Origin: Actinomycetales bacterium
GTDB lineage: Bacteria > Actinomycetota > Actinomycetes > Actinomycetales > CAVURS01
Direction of reading: 5' to 3'
NCBI GenBank assembly: GCA_045807245.1
Contig: JBJMHS010000060.1
Coordinates: forward strand, 1 to 43,579
Length of the DNA: 43,579 nucleotides
The notes beneath the pieces are model-generated. The model was not told the DNA's origin. It searched no databases and saw nothing but the letters and a program-made list of their open reading frames with translations. The position numbers and the translations under genes were made by a program. Shown piece after piece: positions 16,593-27,938 of this stretch. Numbering within the stretch: the first letter of the stretch is position 1; every line of letters begins with the position of its first letter.

Positions 16593-17465
16593 ATGAACCG
16601 CGAGGCGCTGCTGCTGACGCTGACGGCGGCCCTGCTCCACGCGAGCTGGAACTTCGCGGCCAAGCGCGCCGAGGGCGGCGGCCCCTCTTTCGTTTGGGGG
16701 TACGCCGGCGCGTCCTGCGTGCTCTGGGTCCCGGTCACGCTGTTCTGGTCGATCTGGCATCCGCTGCACCCGGCCTGGTCCTGGCTGGCGGCCGGGTTCG
16801 TGAGCGGGATGCTCCACGTCGCCTACGGCAACCTGCTGCAGTCCGGCTACTCGGCCGGCGACATGAACCTGGTCTACCCGCTCGCTCGCGGGACCGGCCC
16901 CGCGCTCACCGTGCTCGTCGCGGTGGTCGTGCTGCGCCAGCCCACGACCGCCGAGGCCGGCGTGGGAGTCGCGCTCGTGGTGTGCGGCGTCCTGGTCATC
17001 TCGTTCGGCCGGCGCCATCCGGCCAGCCCGCATCGCCGTCGGGTGGGCATCCTGTACGGCGTCGCGACCGGGGCCAGCATCGCGGCGTACACGCTCTGGG
17101 ACGCCCACGCGGTGACGGCGCTCGGCATCCCCCCGCTGCCCTACTTCACCCTCGGCGTCGCGTTCCAGTGGCTGGGACTGACGCCGGGCGTCCTGCTCGG
17201 CCGAGGGCGGAAGTCCCTGCGCCCGCTGCTGACGCGTCACCGCACGCAGATCCTCGTCGTGGCGACGCTGTCACCGCTGGCCTACGTCCTGGTGCTCGAG
17301 GCGCTGACCCTCGCACCGGTCTCCGTCGTGGCACCCGTGCGGGAGTCGAGCATCGTCGTGGGAGCACTCTTGTCGTGGCTCGTCCTGCGCGAACCGCACC
17401 CGGCGCGGCGGCTCGTCGGGGCGGCGGTCGTGCTCGCCGGCGTGGCGGCCCTCGCGCTGGGTTGA
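16593..17465 (+). CDS. DMT/EamA family transporter
   Basis: AALLHASWNFAAK, VYPLARGTGP, APVRESS; multiple TM helices. Confidence 0.88.
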   Translation: MNREALLLTLTAALLHASWNFAAKRAEGGGPSFVWGYAGASCVLWVPVTLFWSIWHPLHPAWSWLAAGFVSGMLHVAYGNLLQSGYSAGDMNLVYPLARGTGPALTVLVAVVVLRQPTTAEAGVGVALVVCGVLVISFGRRHPASPHRRRVGILYGVATGASIAAYTLWDAHAVTALGIPPLPYFTLGVAFQWLGLTPGVLLGRGRKSLRPLLTRHRTQILVVATLSPLAYVLVLEALTLAPVSVVAPVRESSIVVGALLSWLVLREPHPARRLVGAAVVLAGVAALALG

Positions 17466-17468
17466 CGG

Positions 17469-17711
17469 TAGACTGACGCCGCGGTCGAGCACCCGCTCGG
17501 CCGACATCGCGCGCCCGCTGACCGTCACAGCCCCTCCGAAACGCCGGGAAACGACCCGGCTCGGACATCCGGCACAGACGGGGCGCGCCGCCTCGGTCCC
17601 GTTCGCGGGCTCCAGGCGCGTCGCGGGCGCCAGGACGCGGCGGCCACCAGGCCGACCGCACAACCGAGTGCGTCCGCCCGGGCACCTGGCGAGGCGCGGA
17701 AGGAGTACACC
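17469..17711 (+). promoter_or_regulatory. rpsB promoter (-10 TAGACT) and long 5' leader
   Basis: TAGACT at 17469-17474; about 230-nt leader ending in AAGGAG RBS; S2 autoregulatory leaders are known upstream of rpsB. Confidence 0.5.
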
Positions 17712-18701
17712 GTGGCTGTCGTCACGATGCGCCAGCTGCTCGAGAGCGGCGTTCACTTCGGGCATCAGACCCGGCGCTGGAACCCCAAGATGAAGCGCTT
17801 CATCTTCACCGAGCGCAACGGCATCTACATCATCGACCTGCAGCAGTCCCTGTCCTACATCGACAGCGCCTACGAGTTCGTCAAGGAGACGGTCGCCCAC
17901 GGCGGCACGATCCTGTTCGTCGGCACCAAGAAGCAGGCGCAGGAGCCGGTGGCCGAGCAGGCCCGCCGGGTCGGGATGCCGTTCGTCAACCAGCGCTGGC
18001 TGGGCGGGATGCTGACGAACTTCAGCACCGTGCACAAGCGCCTGCAGCGCCTCAAGGAGCTCGAGGAGCTCGACTTCGAGGACGTCGCCGGCAGCGGTAT
18101 GACCAAGAAGGAGCTGCTGTCCCTCAAGCGCGAGAAGGACAAGCTGGAGCGCACGCTCGGCGGCATCCGGGACATGAACAAGGTCCCGAGTGCGGTCTGG
18201 ATCGTCGACACCAAGAAGGAACACCTCGCGGTCGACGAGGCACGCAAGCTGGGCATCCCGATCGTCGCGATCCTGGACACCAACTGCGACCCGGACGAGG
18301 TCGACTACAAGATCCCCGGCAACGACGACGCGATCCGGTCGGTCACGCTGCTGACCCGGGTGCTGGCCGACGCCGTCGCGGACGGGCTCATGGCCCGGGC
18401 CCGCGGTGGCGAGCCGGCGAGCGACGGCGAGCTGGCGGCGGACGAGCCGCTGGCGGCCTGGGAGCAGGAGCTCCTCGCGCACGCGGGCGAGCAGTCCGGC
18501 GAGACCCAGGGTCGCGGCGGTGACACGGGTACGGCGGCCGAGGTGGCCGCTGCGACCGAGGTGTCCGGCCAGTCGGCCGAGGCCGCCGTGAGCGCGGCCG
18601 AGGTGGCCGACGGCGCGACCGAGGACCCCGCGGCAGAGATACCGGCCGATTCCGTCGAGCAGGCGGCGGCCAACACGATTGACGAGGAGAGCAACGCCTG
18701 A
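17712..18701 (+). CDS. rpsB: 30S ribosomal protein S2
   Basis: [28 protein letters not shown]; acidic actinobacterial C-terminal tail. Confidence 0.99.
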   Translation: MAVVTMRQLLESGVHFGHQTRRWNPKMKRFIFTERNGIYIIDLQQSLSYIDSAYEFVKETVAHGGTILFVGTKKQAQEPVAEQARRVGMPFVNQRWLGGMLTNFSTVHKRLQRLKELEELDFEDVAGSGMTKKELLSLKREKDKLERTLGGIRDMNKVPSAVWIVDTKKEHLAVDEARKLGIPIVAILDTNCDPDEVDYKIPGNDDAIRSVTLLTRVLADAVADGLMARARGGEPASDGELAADEPLAAWEQELLAHAGEQSGETQGRGGDTGTAAEVAAATEVSGQSAEAAVSAAEVADGATEDPAAEIPADSVEQAAANTIDEESNA

Positions 18702-19543
18702 TGGCGAACTACACGACTGCTGACATCAAGGCGCTCCGGGAGAAGACCGGGGCCGGGATGCTGGACGTCAAGAAGGCACTCGACGAGGCGGACGGCGACC
18801 TGAAGCGCGCCGAGGAGATCCTCCAGGTGAAGGGCCAGAAGGGCGTGGCCAAGCGCGAAGGTCGCACGACGTCCAACGGCCTCGTGGCCCTGAAGATCGA
18901 GGACTCGACCGCGGGCCAGGTCGGCACGCTGATCGAGATCGACTGCGAGACCGACTTCGTCGCGAAGGGCGAGCCGTTCCAGGCGCTGGCCGACAAGGTC
19001 CTGGCCCAGGCGGTCAAGATCGGCGCGGACAACCCCGAGGCGCTGCTCGCCTCGGAGATCGACGCCGGTACGACGGTCCAGCAGGTGGTGGACCAGGCCA
19101 ACGCTGCGATCGGCGAGAAGATCGTCGTGAGCAGGGTGGCCCGCGTCGAGGGCGAGCACGTGACGTCGTACGTGCACAAGACCAGCCCCGACCTGCCCCC
19201 GCAGATCGGTGTGCTCATCGCTTATGAGGGCAGCGACGAGGCGGTGGCCCGCGACGTCGCGATGCACATCGCCGCGATGTCGCCGACCGTCCTGACCCGC
19301 GAGCAGATCGCGGCCGACATCGTGGACGACCGGCGCCGGGTCTTCGAGGAGATGACGCGCGAGGAGGGCAAGCCCGAGCAGGCCGTCCCGAAGATCGTGG
19401 AGGGCCGGGTCAACGCGTTCTTCAAGGAGAACGTCCTGCTCGAGCAGGAGTTCACCAAGGACGCCAAGAAGTCGGTGGCCCAGGTGCTCAAGGAGGCGGG
19501 CGCCACGGCGACGAACTTCGCCCGGTTCAAGGTCGGCGTCTGA
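18701..19543 (+). CDS. tsf: Elongation factor Ts
   Basis: [30 protein letters not shown]. Confidence 0.99.
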   Translation: MANYTTADIKALREKTGAGMLDVKKALDEADGDLKRAEEILQVKGQKGVAKREGRTTSNGLVALKIEDSTAGQVGTLIEIDCETDFVAKGEPFQALADKVLAQAVKIGADNPEALLASEIDAGTTVQQVVDQANAAIGEKIVVSRVARVEGEHVTSYVHKTSPDLPPQIGVLIAYEGSDEAVARDVAMHIAAMSPTVLTREQIAADIVDDRRRVFEEMTREEGKPEQAVPKIVEGRVNAFFKENVLLEQEFTKDAKKSVAQVLKEAGATATNFARFKVGV

Positions 19544-19604
19544 CCGGCCGGACCGTACGAGAGCCACAGCGCCGGGATCGCCGCCCGATCCGGAGAGGAC
19601 GAGG

Positions 19605-20414
19605 ATGACCGAGGAGGCAGTCGTGTCGGAGGAGCTGCGCATCGTCACAGTGGTCTCGGAGTCGACGCCCGACTCGGAGCCCGATCCGGACGTCCTGCCC
19701 CAGCGACGCTACAACCGGGTGCTGCTCAAGCTCTCCGGTGAGGTCTTCGGCGGCGGTCAGATCGGTCTCGACCCGGACGTCGTGCGCGACGTCGCGGCGC
19801 AGATCGCCGAGGCGGCGCAGACCGGCGTACAGATCTCGGTCGTCATGGGTGGTGGCAACTTCTTCCGCGGCGCGGAGCTGCAGAAGAAGGGGCTGGACCG
19901 CACCCGCGCCGACTACATGGGCATGCTCGGCATCGTCATGAACTGCCTCGCGCTGCAGGACTTCCTGGAGAAGGCCGGGCAGCCGACGCGGGTCCAGACG
20001 GCGATCACGATGGGCCAGATCGCCGAGCCGTATGTGCCGTTGCGAGCGATCCGGCACCTGGAGAAGGGGCGGGTCGTCATCTTCGGCGCCGGCTTCGGCG
20101 TGCCGTTCTTCTCGACCGACAGCGTGGCCGCACAGCGGGCGCTGGAGATGCACTCGGACGTCGTCCTGATCAGCAAGAACGGCGTCGACGGCGTCTACAC
20201 CGCTGACCCGCGCAAGGACCCGACGGCCGAGCGGCTCGACCGGGTGACCTACACGAAGGCCCTCCAGCAGCGGCTGCGGGTGGTCGATGCGGCGGCGTTC
20301 GCCCTGGCCCAGGAGAACAAGCTGCCCATGGTCGTGTTCGGCATGGAGGGCGAGGGAAACATCGTCCGGGCGATCCGCGGTGAGAAGATCGGCACGCTGG
20401 TCGAACCCGGATAA
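19605..20414 (+). CDS. pyrH: UMP kinase
   Basis: [38 protein letters not shown]. Confidence 0.97.
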   Translation: MTEEAVVSEELRIVTVVSESTPDSEPDPDVLPQRRYNRVLLKLSGEVFGGGQIGLDPDVVRDVAAQIAEAAQTGVQISVVMGGGNFFRGAELQKKGLDRTRADYMGMLGIVMNCLALQDFLEKAGQPTRVQTAITMGQIAEPYVPLRAIRHLEKGRVVIFGAGFGVPFFSTDSVAAQRALEMHSDVVLISKNGVDGVYTADPRKDPTAERLDRVTYTKALQQRLRVVDAAAFALAQENKLPMVVFGMEGEGNIVRAIRGEKIGTLVEPG

Positions 20415-20482
20415 GCGACGCAGCGTGACCGCAGAATTCCGAAGACAGGTCGGTACGCAGACCGAACAGGTGAGCCAGGAGG

Positions 20483-21049
20483 ATGGCCGACGTGATCGAC
20501 GAGACGCTGCTCGAGGCCGACGAGAAGATGGACAAGGCCATCGAGGTCGCCAAGGAAGACTTCGCGACCATTCGCACCGGCCGGGCCAACCCCAGCATGT
20601 TCAGCAAGCTGACCGTCGACTACTACGGTGCGCCGACGCCGTTGCAGCAGCTGGCCTCGTTCCACACGCCGGAAGCGCGGACCATCCTCATCACCCCGTA
20701 TGACAAGGGCGCGACCACGGCGATCGAGAAGACGTTGCGTGACTCGGATCTCGGCGTGAACCCGACGAACGACGGAAACCTCATCAGGGTGAGCCTGCCC
20801 GAGCTGACCGAGGAACGGCGCCGCGAGTACATCAAGCTGGCTCGGCACAAGGGTGAGGAGGCCCGCGTCTCGATCCGCAACATCCGTCGCCGGGCCAAGG
20901 AGGAGCTGGACCGGATCGGCAAGGACGGCGAGGCCGGTGAGGACGAGGTCAACCGGGCTGAGAAGGAGCTCGAGGGGTTGACCAAGCAGCATGTCGACAC
21001 GGTCGACGAGCTGCTGCGGCACAAGGAGTCCGAGCTGCTGGAGGTCTGA
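20483..21049 (+). CDS. frr: Ribosome recycling factor
   Basis: [34 protein letters not shown]. Confidence 0.98.
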   Translation: MADVIDETLLEADEKMDKAIEVAKEDFATIRTGRANPSMFSKLTVDYYGAPTPLQQLASFHTPEARTILITPYDKGATTAIEKTLRDSDLGVNPTNDGNLIRVSLPELTEERRREYIKLARHKGEEARVSIRNIRRRAKEELDRIGKDGEAGEDEVNRAEKELEGLTKQHVDTVDELLRHKESELLEV

Positions 21050-21085
21050 CCTCCACTGCGACGGCTCGGGGCGAGCGCCGGCATC

Positions 21086-22198
21086 ATGGACATCATTCCC
21101 AAGAACCGCCGCACCGGTGTCGGTGGGCTGCTCGGTCGACGAAACCGCACGGAACCGGTGATCGACCTCACCGAAGCCGCAGACGTGGCGGGGTCGGCCG
21201 GCGACGATGAGGAGACGCCGGTTCACGGGCGGCGTACGGCGCGGGGCCGGCACGAGCTGGAACGCGGCGGTCAGTCGACCACGACGGTCGTGAACGGGCC
21301 CGGACCGACGGAGCACGGGGAGGTCGGACCGCCGCCGTCGCCGGACCAGCCGCAGACCCGGGCCGCCGTGCGCGCCGCCAGACAGCCGAGCCGGGCCGGA
21401 CGCAACCTGCCGGCCGCGGTGGCCGTAGGGCTGGTCCTCGGTGTGTTCGTGATCGCGTCGCTGTTCGTCCGCAAGGAGGCCTTCGTCGTCCTGGCGACGC
21501 TGGCCATCGTCGTGGCGGTCTGGGAGCTGACCGAGGCGCTGGCCGTCCGCGGTATCGCCGTACCGCTCGTCCCGGTGGCGGTCGGAGCCGTCGGCATGCT
21601 GGTCGCCGCCTTCGCCGCAGGCGGCCAGGCGCTGGCCGTCTGCTTCACGCTGACCGGGCTGGGCGTGATCGCGTGGCGCGTTGCTGAAGGGCACGAGGGA
21701 GCGGTGCGCGACGTCGCCGGTGGCCTGTTCGTCGCCGCGTACGTCCCCTTGCTCGGTGGGTTCACCATGCTCCTGCTCTCGCCACGCGACGGGCCCTGGC
21801 GTGAGCTGGCCTGCATCATCCTCGTCGTCGGCAGCGACACCGGCGGGTACGTCGTCGGCGTTCTGCTCGGCCGGCACCCGATGGCGCCGAGCGTGAGCCC
21901 CAAGAAGTCCTGGGAGGGGTTCGCGGGATCGGTCGCCGCCTGCGTGCTCCTCGGCACCGGCCTGGTGGTCCTGTTCCTGGACGGCAGCTGGTGGGCGGGT
22001 GCGGTGACCGGGCTCGCGGCTGTTGCGGCTGCGACGGTCGGCGACCTCGGGGAGTCGCTCATCAAACGGGACCTCGGGATCAAGGACATGAGCTCGCTGC
22101 TGCCCGGGCACGGCGGGGTCCTGGACCGGATCGACTCGCTGCTGTTCGCGGCCCCCGTCGTGTGGCTCATGCTCCACGCCCTGGTGCCGGTGAGCTGA
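21086..22198 (+). CDS. cdsA: Phosphatidate cytidylyltransferase (start uncertain)
   Basis: [54 protein letters not shown]. Confidence 0.95.
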   Translation: MDIIPKNRRTGVGGLLGRRNRTEPVIDLTEAADVAGSAGDDEETPVHGRRTARGRHELERGGQSTTTVVNGPGPTEHGEVGPPPSPDQPQTRAAVRAARQPSRAGRNLPAAVAVGLVLGVFVIASLFVRKEAFVVLATLAIVVAVWELTEALAVRGIAVPLVPVAVGAVGMLVAAFAAGGQALAVCFTLTGLGVIAWRVAEGHEGAVRDVAGGLFVAAYVPLLGGFTMLLLSPRDGPWRELACIILVVGSDTGGYVVGVLLGRHPMAPSVSPKKSWEGFAGSVAACVLLGTGLVVLFLDGSWWAGAVTGLAAVAAATVGDLGESLIKRDLGIKDMSSLLPGHGGVLDRIDSLLFAAPVVWLMLHALVPVS

Positions 22199-22203
22199 CA
22201 GCC

Positions 22204-23319
22204 ATGGTCCAGCTCACGTTCGACGCTCCCCGTCGGGCCAAGCCGCCCCGGCACCTCGCCGACCTGACCATGGCTGAGCGTCGCGACGCAGTGGAAGCCT
22301 TGGGGCAGAAGGCTTTTCGGGCCAACCAGATCTCCCGGCATTATTTCGAGCGGCACACGGTCGACGCAGAGGAGATGACCGACCTGCCGGGCACCGGGCG
22401 GGCCGAGCTGGTGTCTGCGCTGCTGCCTCAGCTCCTCACGCCGTTGAGCCGCAAGGAAGCCGACCACGGAGCGACCGTCAAGACTCTGTGGCGCTTGTTC
22501 GACGGGGCGCTCGTGGAGAGCGTGCTGATGCGGTACCCGGGCCGGGTGACGATGTGTGTCTCCAGCCAGGCCGGCTGCGGCATGAACTGCCCGTTCTGCG
22601 CCACCGGTCAGGCCGGGCTCACGCGGAACATGTCCAGCGCCGAGATCGTGGAGCAGGTCGTGGCGGGCGCGCGGTCGCTGGCCGCGGGCGAGGTGGCCGG
22701 CGGGCGGGAGAGCGACCCGCTGCGGGTCTCGAACGTGGTGTTCATGGGCATGGGTGAGGCCCTGGCCAACTACAAGGCCGCACTCACCGCCATCCGCACG
22801 CTGGTCGCGGCGCCACCGGACGGGCTCGGGCTGTCCGCGCGCGGCATCACGATGTCGACCGTCGGGCTGGTGCCGGCGATCGACCGGCTGGCCGGCGAGG
22901 GCATCCCGATGACGCTGGCCCTGTCCCTGCACGCGCCGGACGACGAGCTGCGCGACGAGCTCGTCCCGATCAACACCCGGTGGAAGGTCGGCGAGGCGCT
23001 GGACGCGGCTCGGCGGTACTTCGAGGTGACCGGGCGTCGGGTGTCGATCGAGTACGCGCTGATCCGCGACGTCAACGACCAGGCCTGGCGGGCGGATCTG
23101 CTGGGCACCGAGCTCAACCGGCGCGGACGCGGCTGGGTGCACGTCAACCCGATCCCGCTGAACCCGACACCGGGGTCACGCTGGACGGCGAGCGACCCAC
23201 GGGTCGAGCACGAGTTCGTCCGCCGGCTGCGCGCGCACGGCGTACCGACCACCGTGCGCGACACGCGCGGACGGGAGATCGACGGTGCCTGCGGCCAGCT
23301 GGCCGCGACGGCGGTGTAG
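22204..23319 (+). CDS. rlmN: 23S rRNA m2A2503 radical SAM methyltransferase
   Basis: [29 protein letters not shown]. Confidence 0.97.
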   Translation: MVQLTFDAPRRAKPPRHLADLTMAERRDAVEALGQKAFRANQISRHYFERHTVDAEEMTDLPGTGRAELVSALLPQLLTPLSRKEADHGATVKTLWRLFDGALVESVLMRYPGRVTMCVSSQAGCGMNCPFCATGQAGLTRNMSSAEIVEQVVAGARSLAAGEVAGGRESDPLRVSNVVFMGMGEALANYKAALTAIRTLVAAPPDGLGLSARGITMSTVGLVPAIDRLAGEGIPMTLALSLHAPDDELRDELVPINTRWKVGEALDAARRYFEVTGRRVSIEYALIRDVNDQAWRADLLGTELNRRGRGWVHVNPIPLNPTPGSRWTASDPRVEHEFVRRLRAHGVPTTVRDTRGREIDGACGQLAATAV

Positions 23320-23328
23320 AAAACAGAC

Positions 23329-23859
23329 GTGACGGAACGATTCGCGCGAGTCACCGGGCTCGCCAAGGGCTACAGCGTCGCCCAGGTGGACGCGTTCCTC
23401 ACGCGCGCCGTGAACGGAGGTGTGGGCTCGACGGAGATCCGCGCGGTCGGCTTCGACCTGGTCCGCCGCGGGTACGACGTCCGGGCCGTCGACGAGGCCC
23501 TGGACCGGCTCGAGGACGAGATCGGCCGTCGCGAGCGCGACCATGACCAGTCGCGGCTCGGCTCGCGCGGCTTCTACGATCTCGTCACCAGCCACGCCCG
23601 CACCTTGCGCGCCCGCCTGGACCGGCCGCACGGCGACCGGTTCCCCCGGGCGGCAGCCCTGACCGCGGCGTACGACGTCCAGGCCGTCGACGAGCTGTGC
23701 GACCAGCTGGCGGAGTACTTCGACGGACAGCTGGCCATGGCACCCGACCAGGTGCGCACCATCTCGTTCCGAGGCCGGCGCGGCTCGCGCGGCTATGCCG
23801 AGTCGAGCGTCGACCGCTATCTCGACCAGGTCATCGAGATCATGACCCAGGTCAGCTGA
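23329..23859 (+). CDS. DivIVA-domain repeat protein
   Basis: Repeated GY..xxVD.F/L motifs (GYSVAQVDAFL, GYDVRAVDEAL, GYAESSVDRYL). Confidence 0.85.
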   Translation: MTERFARVTGLAKGYSVAQVDAFLTRAVNGGVGSTEIRAVGFDLVRRGYDVRAVDEALDRLEDEIGRRERDHDQSRLGSRGFYDLVTSHARTLRARLDRPHGDRFPRAAALTAAYDVQAVDELCDQLAEYFDGQLAMAPDQVRTISFRGRRGSRGYAESSVDRYLDQVIEIMTQVS

Positions 23860-24367
23860 CGTCCAGGTCCTTCTCGAGCAGGGTCACCGGGTCCCATCCG
23901 GGACGGTCGAACTCTTGCACTCCGACAATGTTGTAGCCGGCGGCGAGATAGAACCGTTCGAGCGGCGCGTTCCCATGCAGGCACGACAGCCGGGTCCGGG
24001 TCCGGCCGGCCCCCCGGGCGACCTCCTCGACGTGAGCCAGGAGGAGGCGGCCGACGCCTCGGGCCGACGCAAGACGCGCTCTGACGAGGGACTGCACGTA
24101 CGCCGCGTCCTCGTCCGCCCCGGGCCACACCTCCAGGTCCGTCCAGGCGAGGCGGACCGAACCCGCCATGGTGCCGGCGATCTCAGCCACGTACAGGCGG
24201 CCGCCTGACATCCAGCCGACGACGTCCTCGGGCGTCACCTCGCCCGGTGTCCACTGCCGGATCCCCTTGCTCAGCAACCACTGCGCGGCCTGGTCACGCA
24301 GCCGCACGATGGCGGCGGCGTCCTCGGGGAGCGCCCGCCGTACATCGACCGCGACGTGGGGCGTCAT
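23852..24367 (-). CDS. GNAT family N-acetyltransferase
   Basis: RGVGRLLL acetyl-CoA motif, NAPLERFY..GY. Confidence 0.85.
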   Translation of the reverse strand: MTPHVAVDVRRALPEDAAAIVRLRDQAAQWLLSKGIRQWTPGEVTPEDVVGWMSGGRLYVAEIAGTMAGSVRLAWTDLEVWPGADEDAAYVQSLVRARLASARGVGRLLLAHVEEVARGAGRTRTRLSCLHGNAPLERFYLAAGYNIVGVQEFDRPGWDPVTLLEKDLDVS

Positions 24368-25467
24368 GCGTACAGCGCCGCTGCGTCGTCGACGGTGTCG
24401 ACCAAGTGGATGGTCGCGGCCATGGGTCGGCCCGCGGCCAGCGCGGACAGCAGTGGCCAGACCGGCACGACGTCCGTCCAGTAGCCGCGACCGACCAGCA
24501 CCAGCGGCGCCGCGGGCGCCGCAGCGTAGTAATGGCCGGTCACCGCCTGGAACACCTCCTGCACCGTCCCCGCCTCGCCGGGAAGGTAGACGACACCGTG
24601 GGTGCACCGGGCCAGCAGCCCGTCCTCGCGCAGCGCGTTGGAGAAGAGCTTGGCGACGCCGCCGCCGAACACGTTGGGCGGCTCGTGACCGTAGAACCAG
24701 GTGGGAACGCCGACGCTGCGGGCTGTTGCCGCGACGTCCGCGGTCAGGGCGTCCAGCGTGTCTCGCACGGCAAGTCCGAGCAGCGCCCACGCCGTCACAT
24801 CGTCGGCGTACCACGGCACCTCGGCCAGCCGGTCGATGCCGTCGTCGAGCACCTGGTCTGCGAGCCCGGCGGTCCGGGCGCCGAGGTTCGCTGCCTCCAT
24901 CGCGCCCGGGCCGCCCCCGGTCGCGACGAGGACGCCGAGCCGGGCCAGGCTCCGGCCCAGCCGGGCGGCGTCGCGATAGGCCGGCTCGCCGCGGCGGAGT
25001 GCGTGCCCGCCCATGACCCCGACGACGCGACGGCCGGCGCAGAGCTCGTCCAGCGCGTCACCGATGCTGTCGTCGTGGATGGCCCGCAGCAAAGTGGCGT
25101 ACACGTCGCCCGCTATCTCACTGTCCTGCGACCAGGCGTAGGCCCGCGCGTCCGGCGTACCGGCGTACCCACCCTCGGCCAGCCCGGCGTACAGCTCGCG
25201 CGCGTCGTACAGCCGCGAACGGTACGGGTCGACCGGGGCGTCCGTGAACGCCGGGAAGACGAGGGCTCCGCCGTGTCGCAGGTGCTCATCGAGCCGGTCG
25301 GTGAGGATGCCACCCAGGACAACCGCTCCGCGGGGGTCGCAGCCGAGCAGCGCCTCCTCTCGCGCGGTCAGGTCGACACCTTGGATGCGCAGACCGTCCA
25401 GCCGGTGGGTCATGGACAGCACGTCGTCGAGCTGCTCCAGCGTCTCGATCTCACGCGCTCGGGTCAC
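24364..25467 (-). CDS. LOG-family / Rossmann-fold nucleotide-binding protein
   Basis: VGVMGGH, TGGGPGAMEAAN, PTWFYGHEPPN, PGEAGTVQEVF. Confidence 0.85.
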   Translation of the reverse strand: MTRAREIETLEQLDDVLSMTHRLDGLRIQGVDLTAREEALLGCDPRGAVVLGGILTDRLDEHLRHGGALVFPAFTDAPVDPYRSRLYDARELYAGLAEGGYAGTPDARAYAWSQDSEIAGDVYATLLRAIHDDSIGDALDELCAGRRVVGVMGGHALRRGEPAYRDAARLGRSLARLGVLVATGGGPGAMEAANLGARTAGLADQVLDDGIDRLAEVPWYADDVTAWALLGLAVRDTLDALTADVAATARSVGVPTWFYGHEPPNVFGGGVAKLFSNALREDGLLARCTHGVVYLPGEAGTVQEVFQAVTGHYYAAAPAAPLVLVGRGYWTDVVPVWPLLSALAAGRPMAATIHLVDTVDDAAALYA

Positions 25468-25488
25468 GTCTGCATCATGATGGGCGGC

Positions 25489-27387
25489 ATGGTCCCATCG
25501 GCAGAGGGCCCCTACGCCCGCGCCTACCGAGCCAGCCTGGAGGACCCGGAGACGTTCTGGGGCCGGGCCGCGGAGTCGATCCACTGGATCAGCCGGCCGC
25601 GGCAGGTGCTCGACGAGAGCAACCCGCCGTTCTACCGATGGTTTCCGGACGGTGTGCTGAACACCTGCTACAACGCGCTGGACCGCCACGTCGTCGAGGG
25701 ACGCGCGGACCAGCTGGCCCTGGTGCACGACAGTCCCGTGACCGGAGCTCAGCGCGCGTTCACCTTCGCCGAGCTGGTCGAGCATGTCGCGCGGTTCGCC
25801 GGCGTGCTGCGCGACCTCGGAGTGCAGAAGGGCGACCGCGTCGTCATCTACCTCCCCATGGTCCCCGAGGCGGTCATCGCGATGCTGGCCTGTGCGCGCA
25901 TCGGCGCCGTGCACTCGGTCGTCTTCGGCGGCTTCGCACCGGCCGAGCTGGCGGCTCGGATCGATGACGCCGAGCCGGTCGTGCTGGTCACGGCGTCCTG
26001 CGGGATCGAGGGCGCCCGGGTCGTGGAGTACAAGCCGCTGGTCGACGCCGCCCTGGCCCGTGCGAGGCATCAGCCGTCGTACACCGTTGTGCTGCAACGG
26101 CCCCAGGCTGTCGCCGCCATGGGGGAGCGGGATCTCGACTGGGCCGAGGTGACCGCACCCGACGCGGTGCAGCCGGCCGGTTGTGTCGCCGTCCAGGCGA
26201 CTGACCCGCTCTACGTCCTGTACACGAGCGGGACCACCGGCAAGCCGAAAGGCATCGTGCGCGACAACGGCGGTCACGCGGTGGCGCTGCGCTGGTCGAT
26301 GGCGAACGTGTACGACGCGCATCCCGGCGAGGTGTGGTGGGCTGCCAGCGACGTGGGCTGGGTCGTGGGCCACTCCTACATCGTCTACGCCCCGCTGTTC
26401 ACGGGCTGCACGACGGTCATGTACGAGGGCAAGCCGATCGGAACGCCCGACGCGGGTGCGTTCTGGCGGGTCGTGGCGGAGCACGGGGTCACCGGGTTGT
26501 TCACCGCGCCCACCGCGATCCGGGCGATCAAGAAGGAGGATCCGGACGGCCGGCTGATGCGCGGCCACGACCTGTCGCGGCTCCGCACGCTGTTCCTCGC
26601 CGGGGAGCGGCTCGACCCGGACACCTACCACTGGGCCAGCGACCGACTGGGCATCCCCGTGATCGACCACTGGTGGCAGACCGAGACCGGGTCGCCGATC
26701 GTCGCGAACCTGCGTGGGCTGGAACCGATGCCGGTCAAGGCCGGTTCGCCGACCGTGCCGGTGCCCGGGTACGACGTGCAGGTGCTCGACGAGCGCGGGT
26801 CACCCGTCCCGGCCGGGGTCGAGGGCGCCATCTGCCTCAAGCTGCCGTTGCCGCCGGGCACGTTGCCGACGCTCTGGCGCGACGACGACCGGTACGTCGC
26901 GTCGTACCTGTCGGCATTCCCGGGCTACTACCTCACTGGCGACGGAGGGTACGCGGACGAGGACGGCTATCTGTTCGTGATGGGCCGCACGGACGATGTG
27001 CTCAACGTGGCGGGGCACCGGCTGTCGACCGGCTCGCTCGAGGCCGCGCTGGCCGGTCATCCGGCCGTGGCCGAGTGCGCCGTGATCGGTGTCTACGACG
27101 AGCTCAAGGGTCAGGTGCCGCGGGGGCTGGTCGTGCTGAAGGCCGGCGTGGATGCCGAGCCGGAGGTCGTGGCGGCCGAGCTCGTCCAGCGAGTGCGCGA
27201 CGAGGTCGGTGCGGTGGCGTCGCTCAGACAGGTGGACATCGTCCCGGCCCTGCCCAAGACCCGGTCCGGGAAGATCCTGCGCAAGACCATGCGCGAGATG
27301 GCCGACGGGGCCGATCCCGCCGTCCCCAGCACGATCGAGGACGCGTCCGTGCTCGACACGTTACGACCGTTGCTGCGCGGTAAGTGA
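25489..27387 (+). CDS. prpE: Propionyl-CoA synthetase (acetate/propionate-CoA ligase)
   Basis: YTSGTTGKPKG, SDVGWVVGHSY, DHWWQTETG, LPKTRSGKILR. Confidence 0.88.
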   Translation: MVPSAEGPYARAYRASLEDPETFWGRAAESIHWISRPRQVLDESNPPFYRWFPDGVLNTCYNALDRHVVEGRADQLALVHDSPVTGAQRAFTFAELVEHVARFAGVLRDLGVQKGDRVVIYLPMVPEAVIAMLACARIGAVHSVVFGGFAPAELAARIDDAEPVVLVTASCGIEGARVVEYKPLVDAALARARHQPSYTVVLQRPQAVAAMGERDLDWAEVTAPDAVQPAGCVAVQATDPLYVLYTSGTTGKPKGIVRDNGGHAVALRWSMANVYDAHPGEVWWAASDVGWVVGHSYIVYAPLFTGCTTVMYEGKPIGTPDAGAFWRVVAEHGVTGLFTAPTAIRAIKKEDPDGRLMRGHDLSRLRTLFLAGERLDPDTYHWASDRLGIPVIDHWWQTETGSPIVANLRGLEPMPVKAGSPTVPVPGYDVQVLDERGSPVPAGVEGAICLKLPLPPGTLPTLWRDDDRYVASYLSAFPGYYLTGDGGYADEDGYLFVMGRTDDVLNVAGHRLSTGSLEAALAGHPAVAECAVIGVYDELKGQVPRGLVVLKAGVDAEPEVVAAELVQRVRDEVGAVASLRQVDIVPALPKTRSGKILRKTMREMADGADPAVPSTIEDASVLDTLRPLLRGK

Positions 27388-27449
27388 GGCCTTTGCCCCG
27401 ATGCGCGCCCATCCGGGCGACGCGCCCGCGCGCCTGGCGGGCCTGATCG

Positions 27450-27932
27450 GTGTCCGCAGGTACGCTCCGGATCGTGGCCAGGGCGAGTTCGAGCAGCCGG
27501 GCGGGAGCACCCGCGAGCCTGGCGCGCGTCGTCGAGGAGTCCTCGCTGGCGTTCGTCGACCTGACGGTGGCAGCCGTCGCGGCAGAGGGTGGCGTGTCGA
27601 TGCCGCAGTTGCGCGCCTTGCTGGCGCTCGAGCGGTCCGGGCCGGTCAACCTCAGCGGTTTCGCGGCCAGCATCGACTCCTCGCTGCCGTCGGCCAGCCG
27701 CCTGGTGGGCCGGCTCGAGGAAGCCGGGCTGATCCAGCGCGGGGTCAGCAAGCGCAGCCGGCGCGAGGTCGAGATCCGGCTCACCGCGGCCGGGCGGTCC
27801 GCCCTGGCAGCGCTGCGCGCGGCCCGCCGCAAGGAGATCGCGCGGGTGCTGCGCCGGCTCGACGCCGAGAGCGCCGACCGGCTGGCATCGGCCCTGGAGA
27901 GCTTCGCGACCGCGTACGGTCGTCCCGCCTGA
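27450..27932 (+). CDS. MarR family transcriptional regulator (start uncertain)
   Basis: SMPQLRAL, SASRLVGRLEEAGLI.R, RREVEIRLTAAGR. Confidence 0.85.
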   Translation: MSAGTLRIVARASSSSRAGAPASLARVVEESSLAFVDLTVAAVAAEGGVSMPQLRALLALERSGPVNLSGFAASIDSSLPSASRLVGRLEEAGLIQRGVSKRSRREVEIRLTAAGRSALAALRAARRKEIARVLRRLDAESADRLASALESFATAYGRPA

Positions 27933-27938
27933 GCGTGC

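Noticed and set aside
17271..23142. Long antisense/alternate-frame ORFs (e.g. 17271-18482, 18305-19648, 20249-22177, 21271-23142, and similar ones over the polyamine cluster)
   Set aside because: Shadow ORFs of well-conserved genes, expected from high-GC codon bias; no recognisable motifs.
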